DNA of 64,000 nucleotides. It comes from Azolla caroliniana (Eukaryota; Plantae; Polypodiophyta). The DNA is taken from assembly GCA_043228905.1 (NCBI GenBank), contig JBHGNT010000004.1, forward strand, positions 18,290,001-18,354,000, in the 5' to 3' direction. Positions 36,966 to 49,500 of the stretch are shown here, piece by piece (the first letter of the stretch is position 1; each line of letters opens with the position of its first letter). The position numbers and the translations under genes were made by a program. The notes below the pieces were generated by a model, which had not been told where the DNA came from, did not search any database, and saw only the letters and a program-made list of their open reading frames with translations.

Positions 36966-38188
36966 AGAGCCAGACCCACGTGTGTACCTGTAGGCCGTTT
37001 AGAGGTCTATGCTTCTAGACTACTAGGTAGTCATGGTCCTCGTAGTTAGTGTCAACCGCTCGTATCAGCATTGAAGTACATAGTACTTATGTCAATCCCT
37101 TGTGGACTTGTATAAAAAGTGCTCACTAAGCACATCCTATGTACAAAGTTTTATTATTTTGAATTGAGTTTATGCTTTCTGCTCTCTCTCTGTTTCTCCC
37201 GTGTAGTCTTTGTTCTTACGATTCCATTAAACCTCCCTTTGTTTTTCTGTTGCTGATTGGATAAACCAGTTTGTCAAAGCTTCCGCATATTAACTTTGAC
37301 ATGGTATCAGAGTGCTGAAAACTGCTCGAAATGGACTAACCCTAATCACCGGTAAAAGAATAGACTGAAAAGACAAAGTATGGATTGAAGTATGGCGAGC
37401 TCGCTTCCTACGGAAAAGCTTGACCGGAGCAACTATGTGTCCTGGTCGTATAAAATGCACCAGTACTTGCTAGGGCATGGATACTGAAGTTACGTGGAAG
37501 GATCGAATGAAGTTGCACTAGATTTGGCACACAAGGACTTCCTGGTATGGGACCAGGGAGCGAGCAAAGTGTTGTATTGTCTCGCGTCCTGTGTGCACAA
37601 CCAGATGCTTAGCTACATCAGAGATGCAAAATCACCGAAAGAAGCCTCTAGGAAAATCTCTGGAAGTTTTTTGACGCAAGTACCACAACTCAGAAGTTGC
37701 AGCTACGACAAGAGCTCATCAATATCCGAGAATGGGACATGTCGCTCACCAACTACACCACCAAGATCAAGGAGATCTGTGACGTGATCGGTTCCATCAA
37801 CGTGATGGTGGACGAGGACGAGATGGTTCAGATCTGCCTCGGTGGTCTAGCACAACAATACAAGCCAATTTGCACCCGGGAGAAACCACCATCCTTCGAA
37901 CTACAATCGATGTTGATGGTCAAAGAAAACCACGCGAGTGGGTCAAGGACCACTCAATCAGAAAACCAAATGTTGTGCACAGAGGCGGATCGGCCCCGTG
38001 GGCGTGGAGATTGAGGTGGGTCGGCACGCAATAGCGGTGAACGACAAGAGCAGAACCGGAGGCACAAAGATAGTGCCAATAACAGTTTTGGACCCTCCAC
38101 TAGCAGGGGGAGTGAAGGCACTACCGGAAATAGGCAAGGGAAAACTAACACGGAATGTTGGTACTGTGGCAAGAAAGGCCATCGGGAA

Positions 38189-38487
38189 TGGGTGAAAGCA
38201 TGGGAATGGGAACAATTAGCTATGTCCTTGACATAGCTAATTAGCTATCTAATTAGCTACATGTAATTTGTATATTTTGGCAATTTTAGGGATGATTAGA
38301 ATTTGATCTCAAATAAAGACTAGCTAAACGGTGGACCATAAATGCTAATATTTCCATCCCCATCATAAATGATACGTATCTTTAAGATCTTCCTACTAAG
38401 AATTAGCTATAAAAAAAACTATTTAGCTATGGTCAATTTACCAGCTAAATAGCTATAATAGTGTTTCCATTCGCATGCTTCCATCCA
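38189..38487. mobile_element. 299-bp MITE with ~25-bp TIRs and apparent 2-bp TSD (AA)
   Basis: TGGGTGAAAGCATGGGAATGGGAAC ... GTTTCCATTCGCATGCTTCCATCCA; removal restores host gag GGGAAAGTGAG; TAGCTA subterminal repeats. Confidence 0.8.
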
Positions 38488-38496
38488 AAAGTGAGT

Positions 38497-41400
38497 TGTT
38501 GAGCGAGCAAGCTCAACCAGATCCGGATCAGCTGAATAAGCCTGAGCCAGATCGGCATCCGGAACAACCGCCCGGATCAGGGAGCCGGATTCGAGCGGGA
38601 ACTAGAAGCTTAGTAGTAGCCTAGAATACTAGGGCATCATTGTCTCGTAATTAGTGTTAGTCGCACTTGTGAGCATTGAAGTACCTGTCAGTACTTCTGT
38701 CAGTCCTTTATGGACTTGTATAAATAGTGTTGTTTAGCATGTTGTATCTATAGAGTTTTAGAGTTAATTTTTGAATATATTTTTATGTTTTGCTCTCTTT
38801 GTCTCCTCTGTCTCCTTTGTGTTTGAAGCTTCTCCATTAAACCTTCATCTCATTTTTTTGTTGTTATCTGGCTGAGTTGGTTCTGTTTGATGCTTCCGCA
38901 CATTAACATTCACATGGTATCAGAGCGCGAGGGTTGAGAACCTCTGCAGTCGACATTTGCTTCCGTAGACGAACCCTAGAACCCGGTAACAACAAATAAA
39001 GAGAAGACATGGACAGAGGAATGGCGAGTTCATTTCCAACAGAGAAGCTCGATTGGAGCAACTATGCGTCCTGGTCATATAAAATGCACCAGTACCTACT
39101 GGGGCATGGATATTGGAGCTTCGTGGAAGGAACAAATGAAGTAGCACCGGAGCCGTCACACATAGATTTCCCGGTATGGGAGCAAGGAGCGAGTCGGGTA
39201 CTGTACTGTCTCGCGTCCGGTGTGCATGATCAAATGCTCAGCTACATCAAGGATGCAAAGATGTCGAAGGAGGCCTGGGAAAATCTATGGAAGTTTTTCG
39301 CCGCAAGTACCACAACTCGTAAGTTGCAGCTCCGACAAGAGCTGAACAACATCCGGCAAAGAGACATGTCGGTTACGGACTACACCACCAAGATAAAGGA
39401 GATTTGCGAGGCACTCAGGTCCATCAACGTGACGGTGGACGAAGACGAGATGGTACAAATCTTCCTTGGTGGTCTAGCACAAAGGTACGGGTCAATCCAG
39501 ATAGCGATCTACACCCGGGAGAAACCACTGTCCTTCTTTGACTTGCAATTGATGCTGATGGTCGAAGAAAACCACGCGAGTGGGTCAAGGAACACTCAAT
39601 CGGAAGGCCGGATGTTGTACTCGAAGACAAATCGGCCCCATGGACGTGGTGGATGAGGTGGGTCGGCACGCAATGGAGGCGGCAGATATGACAAGGACCG
39701 GAGGCCCAGAGGTTGTGCTGACAGTAGTTCCGGACCTTCTACAAACAGGGGAGTCAAAGCGGCACTGGGAACTGGCAAGGAAAGGCCGACACGGAATGCT
39801 AGTACTGTAGGAAAAAGAGCCACAGGGAAAGGGAGTGCTAGAAGAAGCGCGCTGATTCGGACAAATCCGGATCCGGAAAAACCGATCGAGAGAACCGGCA
39901 AAGCTCACACTATACAAAAGGATCGAAAGGTTCCGGAACCGGGAAAACCAGTAAAGGGCTAGCCTTCGTGATGAAGCACAAGGCTAACTCGATGAAGAAG
40001 ACTACTTCTGGATCAGAGGACGTATGGTACGTTGATTCCGGTGCGTCCAACCACATGACGAGCCATGAAGAGTGGTTCTCTTTTTTGAAGAAACCAGAAC
40101 AACCGGGCATTGTCGAAACCGGAAATGACACCCCTCACCGGATTGTGCATGTCAGAGAAGTCCCTTTAAGCCATGTCAAACAAAAGGGGAATCTAATGAA
40201 CGTACTACACGTTCCCACTATCACAAAAAACCTGGTGTCAATTGGACAAATCGTCGACCAGGGGATGCAGGTGCGGTTTATGCACCTAGGGTGCTTCATC
40301 GAGGAAGAGGGCCGGATAATTGCGCAAGGGCACAGAGATGGGAGGATGTTCATCCTCAACATTAATGATGTCGGCACCGCTATATTTGTGAAAGGGCAGA
40401 AGGTTGAATCAGACATCGACCTGTGGCACAAGCGGATCGACTACGTCAATTATGGGAGGCTTCAAAACCTGCAATCGAAACAAGTCGTTGTCGGTTTGCC
40501 GAAATTTAGTAGCCGGAAGGCCGAAATTTGTGACGCTTGCCAACTCGGCTTCAATTCCCCACCGATCGAAACCGGCGCCATAATAAGCTCAATTTAATCC
40601 ATTCGGACATATGGGGACCCACACAAAACGTTAGTTTTGGCGAGAGTCGGTATTTCGTCTCCTTCATCGACGATTACAGCCGGCACATGTGGATCTACCT
40701 CATCGAGAGGAAGAGCGAAGTCTTCGAGTGTTTCCGGAACCTTAAAATCTTGGTTGAACGGGAAACGGAGAGGAAGATCAAGTGCCTGCGGTCGGATGCC
40801 GAGAAAGAATACTTTTCCAACCAATTAAACAATTATCTGCAGCATCACGGAATTTGGAGAGAATTTAGTTGCAGGTACACAGTAGAGCAAAACGGTGTGG
40901 CCGAAAGGAAGAACCGGTCGATTGTCGACGCAAAAGGGTAATGTTGGAGGAGAAGAGCATGCCCCATTTCTACTGGGCTGAGGCGGTTCATACGACCGTC
41001 TACATCCAAAACCGGATCGGTGACAAGGTCTCAGCACATGAGCTGTATTTCGGGTGAAAGCCGAATTGGAGACACCTTCGGATATTTGATAGCAAAGCAT
41101 ATGTGCATGTACCAGATGAGAAGCGGAGGAAGCTGGATCCGAAGTCGGAGAAGTGCATTCTAGTCGGTTACTCGCATGAGCAAAAGGGGTATAAGTGTTA
41201 TAACCGTTGCTCTAAGCAGGTCTGAGTAAGCTGAGATGTCGAGTTTGATGAGACGGCATCATGGTACTCCTTACCGGCTCCAAGTCTCTACGAAGACCGG
41301 ATTCCGAAAGATGAGGCTAGTGAGCCTGAGGAGGTCCATGTAGAAGATGAAGACTTCGGCACTCTAGAAGAGAGTCCGATCTCATTCCGGCTAAGTGGAC

Positions 41401-44400
41401 CGAATGAGAGGCTGAGTCGGGATGACAAGTCGGATGAGGAACCAGCGAGTAGTGGAGACTCTGATGTGCTCTCCCCACACAAGGAACCGAGGAGACGGTT
41501 CACACGCAAAGAGAAGGGGAGGAAGAAGATGCCGGAATACGAAATTGGCAACGTTGAGTCGGATCAGAGCGTATCCGACTCCGGAAAGTATGAAGGCGGA
41601 TCTTCGAGAACGAAGTCCGACATGGCTAAGAAGGGCCCCAAACTGGGTAATACCAAGTTATGCCGGTCTTCTCGCCTGAAGAATCCCATTACGCGAGACG
41701 GGTACAATGAGGACATGGCGCATCATTATGCATTCATGACTAAGGTGGCGGAAGTGTGTGAGCCGGAGAGCTACATAGAAGCGGCAAAGGACGCAAATTG
41801 GTGTGCCGCTATGGAGGAAGAAATGCGGACACTAGATGCCAACAACACATGGGACCTCGTTGACCCTCCCTGACACTGTAAACCAATCAGTTGCAAATGG
41901 ATGTACAAGTAAAGTACAATGCCGACGGTTCGGTTAACTGGTACAATGCCCGGTTACTGGCGAAGGGATACACATAGACCCATGAAATCGATTACGATGA
42001 CACCTTCGCCCTGGTACCGAAGATGACGACGGTTCGTGTGGTTCTGGCAGTTGCTGCGGCAAGGGGGTGGCATCTTCACTAGATGGATATGAAGAATGCG
42101 TTTCTTCAAGGTGACCTTGAGGAACGAGTGTATACGATCCAACATCCCAGTTTTCAATCGAAGATGAACAAGTTGGCGGTGTGCTAGCTCAAGGTGTCGC
42201 TTTACGGTCTTAAACAAGCCCCCCGAGCTTGGAATGTGAAGATCACGCACCGGTTGCGTAAGATGGGGTTTGTGACCTCTAAATCCAACTCGTCGTTGTT
42301 CATCCGGCAAGGTCCGGATGGTCCAATTTGCATCCTACTTTATGTTGATGATTTAGTCATCACCGGACCCGTACTCAATGAAATCGGCCGAGTAAAGTTC
42401 CAACTGTCTGATGCATTTGAAATGAAGGACGTGGGGGACCTTCATTATTTTCTTGGGATCGAGGTGATCCAAACCCTTGACGACATATTGTTCTCACAAG
42501 GACACTATGTGTTGAATATGATGTACAAGTTCGGTATGACGGAGTGCCGACCTATCTCCACACCCTTGGACCGGAACTAGAAGCTCTGTCCCAACTCCGG
42601 ACCGGCCTGCAATGAGCAACGGTTCTGACAAATCGTCGGAAGCCTGATATACTTGACGATCACTCAACCCGACCTCAATTACCCGGTCGGAGTGATCAGC
42701 CAGCCAGTTCATGCAGAAGCCAATCGTCGAGTACCTTCAGTGCACACATCGGATACTCCGGTATGTGAGCGGCACGAAGGACCGGGGACTGTTATACCAA
42801 CATGGTATAACTGAAGAACTAGTCAGATATACAGATGCCGATTGGGCCGATGACGCATCGGATCGCCAATCCACCTCCGGTTACATGTTTTCTCTGGGTA
42901 GTGTGGCTGTTGCGTTGAGCAGCAAAAAGCAACCAACAGTGGCTCTATCAAGCACTGAGGCTGAATACCGAGGCGCAACCATTGCCACCTGTGAAGCCAT
43001 CTGGCTTCGGCGACTGCTGCAAGACCTGTGGATTGAGCTATCGGCCCCAATCCTGATCTACTATGACAACATGAGCAACAGTCAGCTCGCCAAGAACCCC
43101 GTGTTCCATGCTCGGACGAAGCACATAGAAGTCCACTATCACTTTGTGCGTGAGCGGGTTTTGAGCAGTGAAGTAGAACTTCGGTATGTCCACACGGATC
43201 GGCAAATTGCCGATATCTTCACCAAACTATTCGGATCGGACAAGTTACTGTTGGGAGACAGGTCCCTCCGGATGGGAAGGGAGAAGAACACCGAAACCGT
43301 ATGAGGTGGACCCGGCTACGGAGAGAGCCGGATGATACAGACCCAGTGAAGACCGGATGAGGAGGACCCGGCTACGGAGAGCCGGATGATACAGACCCGG
43401 TGAAGACCGGATGAGGAGGACCCGCTACGGAGAGCCGGATGATACAGACCCGGTGAGAACCGGACGAAGAGACATATTCGTAAATATGTTTCTGAGAGGC
43501 CATCGAGGCTATATTTGTAAATAGCCTAAAAGTCATATTAGTATAAATATGACTTAGGGCAAACTTTTAGTGTTGTGGTCGTCATTCACTTGTTGGTACA
43601 AGAAGAAGTGACAACGCGTAACTGTGTACAGAGAGAGAGAGAGAGAAAGAGAGAAAGAGGTCGTTGCCTCTATTGTAATCGCCGCCTGTGGCAAAGATCT
43701 GTGAGCACGAGGTCGTTGCCTCAGTGAACTCACTGTTGTACATTCTTACATAGTGACAGTTTGTAGCCTGTGGGCTGCCGTGGTTTTTCCCCTAGTTTGG
43801 GGTTTTCCACGTAAACCTCCTGTGTATATATTTTTTCTCTCCTTTGTGTCATGCATTTGTTCCCCGTTTTCTGCGTATAAAAAGAAGCTCGGTTGTGGCC
43901 AAGCGTTGGACATAAGGAGCGTTTGAGTTCCCGTCAGTTACAACACTTCACCGAAATGCTTGGTGTTCAGCATCTCGACGTGCCACACTTGAGGGGGAGA
44001 AAAGGAATGGGAACGGATGGCATCAGATAATGAGCCGGAGAGGAAGAAAGAACCAACAAAGGGGGAGACAAGAGGAAAAAGGAAGCCGAGCCGACCGGAG
44101 GAGTCGGCACATCCGAAAAGTTCGGAACAAGCGGCAGTGGCGGCAGAGTGAAGGATAGAGCCGAGCGGAATAAAATGGCCAAGACCCGGACGTGGTCCGG
44201 TGTGGTGAAGGGCTTGAAATCGGAAGATGAGTTGGAGAACACCGGATGCAACGGAAGTCGACGCCAACACGAGGAACCGACGGGTCGACAAGCGCCATAG
44301 TCGCAGCAACGAGGGAGCTGAAATGGGCATGTTGAGTAGACAAGCTGACCAAGGAGGTCAAGGTGCGCAGAACTAGAAGGGTCACGACAAACAAGACCAG

Positions 44401-44958
44401 ATTGTAAGAGGAACATGAACGAGGCGGAGAAACATCAGAAGGAGCCGAGTAGAAGAACCGGCTACCACAGACACTAACACCACGATCCGACCTCAAGTTG
44501 AGCTTGAGGGGGAGTGTTGAGCGAGCTAGCTCAACCGGATCCGGATCGGCTGAATAAGCTTGAACTAGATTGGCATCCAGAAGGATGAGCCATATTGGTA
44601 TCCAGAAACAACCGGCCGGATCAGGGAGCCAGATTCGAGCGGGAACCGGCAGCCTAGTAGTAGCCAATATTACTAGGTAATCACTGTCTCGTAGTTAGTG
44701 TCAGTCGCACTTGTGAGCATTGAAGTACCTTTCAGTACTTTTGTCAGTTCTTTATGGACTTGTATAAATAGTGTTGTTTAGCATGTTGTATCTACAAAGT
44801 TTTAGAGTTAATTTTTGAATATAGTTTAATGTTCTGCTCTCTTTGTCTCCTCTGTCTCCTTTGTGTTTGAAGCTTCTCCATTAAACCTTCAACTCATTTT
44901 TCTATTGCTATCCGGCTGAGCCGGTTCTGTCTGACGCTTCCGCACATTAACATTCACA
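38497..44958 (+). mobile_element. Full-length degenerate copia family C2
   Basis: LTRs 38497-38914 and 44515-44958, PBS TGGTATCAGAGC, gag-PR-IN-RT-RH with stops/frameshifts, PPT, TSD TGAGT/CGAGT. Confidence 0.93.
43249..43936 (+). mobile_element. Solo LTR, copia family C1, inserted in the RNase H of the C2 element
   Basis: TGTTGGG...GTCA, TSD GTTAC on both sides. Confidence 0.92.
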
Positions 44959-46517
44959 CGAGTGGTGGAAGAAGCATGGTGATTCGGATAAATCCAGATC
45001 CGGCAAGGCCAGACAAGGGAACTGTCAAAGCTTGCACTACGTAGAATGATCAGATGGATCTGGAACCAGTAAGACTGAAAAAGGGCCAGCCTTTCTAATG
45101 AAGCACAAGGCGAACTCGATGAAGAAGACCACTTCCAGATCGGAGGAAGTGTGGTATGTCGACTCTGGAGCATCAAATCAAATGACGAGCCATCAAGATT
45201 GGTTCTCATTTTCAGAAGAGCCGGAGCAACCAGGAGTTGTCAAAACAAGAGCCGACACTCCTTACCTGATTGTGCATGTCGGAGAAGTCCCTTTAACCCA
45301 TGTCAGACAAAAGGGAAAGCTGATGAACGTACTACATGTTCCGACAATCATAAAGAACCTAGTCTCGGTCTGGCAGATCGTCGACTAGGGGATGCAAGTG
45401 TGGTTTACGCACCTCGGGTGCTTCATCAAGGAAGAAGGCTGAATAATTACGCAAGGGCATAGGGATAGGAGGATGTTTATCCTCGACACCAATGACGTCG
45501 ACACTACCATGGTCGCAAAAGGATAGAAGGCTGAATTGGATATTGACTTGTGGCACAAGCGCATCGACCACGTCAAATATTAGAGGCTTCAAAACTTGCA
45601 ATCGAAACAGGTTGCTTTTGGATTGCCAAAATTCAGTAGCCGGAAAGCCCAAATATGTGAAGCCTGCCAACTCAGGAAGAAATACTGGCTTCTATTCCCC
45701 ACCAGAAGAAATCGGAGTCGTAACAAGCTTGATTTAATACATGTGGATGTATGGGGATTGACACAGAACGCTAGTCTTGGTAGGAACTGATATTTGGTCT
45801 CCTTCATCGATGACTACAACCGGCACACATGGATTTACCTCATAGAGAAGAAGAGCAAAGTCTTCGATTGTTTCCAGAATCTGCAAAGTCTTGTTGAATG
45901 GGAAACGGAGAGGAAGATCAAGTGCCAGCGATAGGATGACGGAAAAGAATACTTTTCCGGCCAATTTAGGAGTTGTCTGTGGCGAAACGGAACTCGGAGA
46001 GAATTTAGTTACAGGTACACAGCGGAACAAAACAATGTGGCCAAAAGGAAGAACCGTTCGACTTTCGATGCGGCAAGGGAAATGCTTGAGAAGAAAAGCA
46101 TCCCCAAATTGTATTGGGCCGAGGTGTTCAAGACAGACGTCTATTGGGCACGAGTTGTATTTTGGGTGAAAGCCGAACTTGAGGCACCTTCAGATATTCG
46201 GTAGCATAGTCTATGTGCATGTGCCAAATGAGAAGTGGAGGATGTTGAACCCAAAGTTGGAGAGATGCATACTAGTCGCCAGTCTTATGAGCTGAAGGGG
46301 TATAAGTGTTATAATCCTCGAACAAAAAAAGTTTGAGTGAGCCAAGAAGTTGAATTTGATGAGTCAAGATCATGGTACTCTCTACTGACTCCGATGTCCG
46401 ACTCCGACCCAATTTTGGAGGATGAGACCAGTGAGCCTGAAACGATCAGGGTAGAAGAAGAAGAAGACTTTGGTACTCTAGATGAGAGTCTGATCTCATT
46501 TCGGTGAGCAGGCCGAA

Positions 46518-49500
46518 GTTGTTCGTCGGAATAGTAACCATCGGACATAACGCAGGATAAATTAAAATGCAAATTAAAATTTTGTAAGAAACGAATGTAA
46601 CGGTTCACGCGACGAGCGTAACCAATGAGATGCCCTGTGTATATAAAAGGCAAAAATCGTGTGTAAAGGGTTAGCGTTGTTTTGAGAGTTCTTTTCTAGT
46701 ATAGTACTATCTCCCTTGATATACTGTGTAAGTGCCAGTGTGATATTAAGTGAGGGTTATACTCTGTTAAGAAGTGCGTACCTGTGAATGTAAGGTTAAG
46801 TGTGTTCACGTAGTTATGCATCGTTCCTTCGGTTGTAGCCGGGAACCTTCACGCCCTGTAGATACGTACTATTCAGTAACAAGTGAGGTACAGATGTACG
46901 CAGTACGCCTCTCTATCCCTTGTAACACAACCCCTTGATGCCTACCCCGAAGGACTATGGGTAGACACTGTTCTAGTCTATAGTATGCCGACAACACTTT
47001 TCGCATGCTTGGTGATCTATGATTTCTCGTAGACGAGCAGTAAGGGATGGATGCCTAGCCATACACAAACCATAAAACTGACCCAGCAAGATCAACCACT
47101 AACAGGGTCCATCACACGCCAAACAGAAGAGTGCGCCTCAGCGACCACGAAGTTTCCTTTCAGGACTACAAGGTCGACACCACGCTCACAGAACAACGCG
47201 ATGTCAAGCAGGAAGCTCTTTCACCACACGGAAGTCGTGGTCTTCCCTTGTCGACCGCCATCATAGCGTCTAGAATGGATTTCTCCTACCCTCGATTCAA
47301 TGGCAAAACAGATGCCACGAGCCACATCCGGTTGTTCCTCAATGTTTGGAATGCCAATCACATGGCGCAACGGTTTCCAAAAGCTGAAGCTCATGCCTCG
47401 AAGGTAGCAAAGTTCAGACTCTGGATGGTCGAGCAACGTGTTGGCACTCTTAGATGGACCTGGAAGCAATGACAACCTTCAATTAACTACAATCAGCATT
47501 CTTGCGGTTTTTTCATAGGAGGGTACCACAACGAGAAATCATCGGGCAATTCTATATAATCAAGCAGTCACTGACGGATTTTAGTCTATGTTTCCATTGT
47601 CTAGAGCCTACAGCGGTAGCTTACACTGGCCCCAACAGATGAGGAGGCTAAGGTGACGTTTTTGGCAGCCCTACGACAACCTATCAGGACGACCCTTAAC
47701 ACGCATAGTGGGAAAGGGGAAACAACTGATATGGTTATCGAGCGAGCATTATAGCTCGAATTGGAAGATGAAGATGAAGGATTTTCTATGTCACCGTTAC
47801 GTCAAGTGTTGCCTCACGACGAGGAACGTCACTTCCGCCAGGCTATTCAATGTACAATCTACTTAAACTCAGGGCATTCCGCGGTGGAATGCAATATGCG
47901 AATGCATTGCCCGATTTGCAGCCCAAAGGCGCACACGATGGAGCAATGTGATTACAATATTCTTAACAGACCGACACCTATTGTATGGTGCATGGAACCA
48001 TAGCGGCAATATCGCAAGAATGGTGAAGAATGGCAAGAGGATCACTTTCGGTATGCGGACCGAAATCAGCGTGGAGAGCGCCCATTCCGAAATTGCCGTA
48101 ACAAAGACCCATATTCCGAGGAAGAAGATCGGGAGGATGACGAATATAAGAATAATAATCGATATAATCAAGGAGGGCGTCGTTACGACAATCGCCATTT
48201 GGCAAACAATCATGGGGGATTAAACGGGCCTCACTCACACGGAAACAACCGACAATATCAGGACCAACGACATTATGACGAGAGTTCAGAGGATGACCGA
48301 TGTCAGGAGTCACACCGAGACCTACGTCAACCACCCCGGAATAACAGGAGAATGCAGCAAAATCGAGAGGAGCAAGATGCACCTACTGATACGAATACAC
48401 CGCCAGTAGTGGAAAGAGGAGAGTCCAATGTACATTTTTTTGTATGCCAACAACTCGGACATTACACGACGCAATGCCCATGCCAAAAAGGCAAAGAGGA
48501 CGTCGTGAATACAATCGCGGCAGAAGTACAACAAGTCACCACACGCCAACAAGCAAAGAACGCGGATTGGGGTGAACAAGATGAGATACGCAAAGTAGCC
48601 AAGGACTGGGTAGAAAAAGCAAATTCTACAAACGTGGAGTGTATGAAGCAAGAGTCCGCACGAACTAGTTCCCCAATAGAGGACACGGCATCGCCAGACT
48701 CCATATGGCAAACATTGGCTGCCTGCGAGATAACAATGACCATGGAGAAGCTTCTCTGACTAGTACCACGATTCCGCCAGGCGGTTGAAAATCGCATGAC
48801 AGGCACACCTAGAGTAGATGTTTCAGCAAATTTTGCGGAGACTAGTACCTATCCAACAGTCGTCGATCATCACAATCCAGCCATTAAGCTGGTATTATAG
48901 GGACAGTAAATCACGGGATGTATGGTTGATGGGGGATCATGCACACGATTGGGAATCACAGACTGGGAACCGTGCCCTTTTTAGCTCCGTATGGCTGACA
49001 CCCATTCTATTAGACCGTTAGGGTTGATTCGGAAATTAGGGATTGTTGTTGGTGGCCATTGCTTCGAAATAACGGCGGTTGTACTCGCATTAGCCGCCCC
49101 GGGAGCATACCCAATATTGCTTGGCAGGCTGTGGTTCGCTCGGCCGACATAAAACAAAACAGGCAGCATAATTGCATTAGTTTCCGACGAGGACGGAGCA
49201 AAATCCATGTACCCACCCAGGAAACGGCACCACTCACCAAGGGCATAATACCATTATACACCAGGAAATTGACAAACTTGGCAAGATTTATCTGGCTGGT
49301 AAAGCAAGCTACGTGGCAAAGCCCGATAGTTGTAGTGCCAAAGAAAAATGGCAAAACCCACGTTTGCGTAGATTATCGCAAGTTAAATGTCATGACAATC
49401 ACGGATGTGTTTCCCTTACCCTTTACTGACAACGTACTAGATGCGGTCACAGGCCATGACATGTACAGTTTTTTAGACGGCTGTAGCGGGTACAATCACA

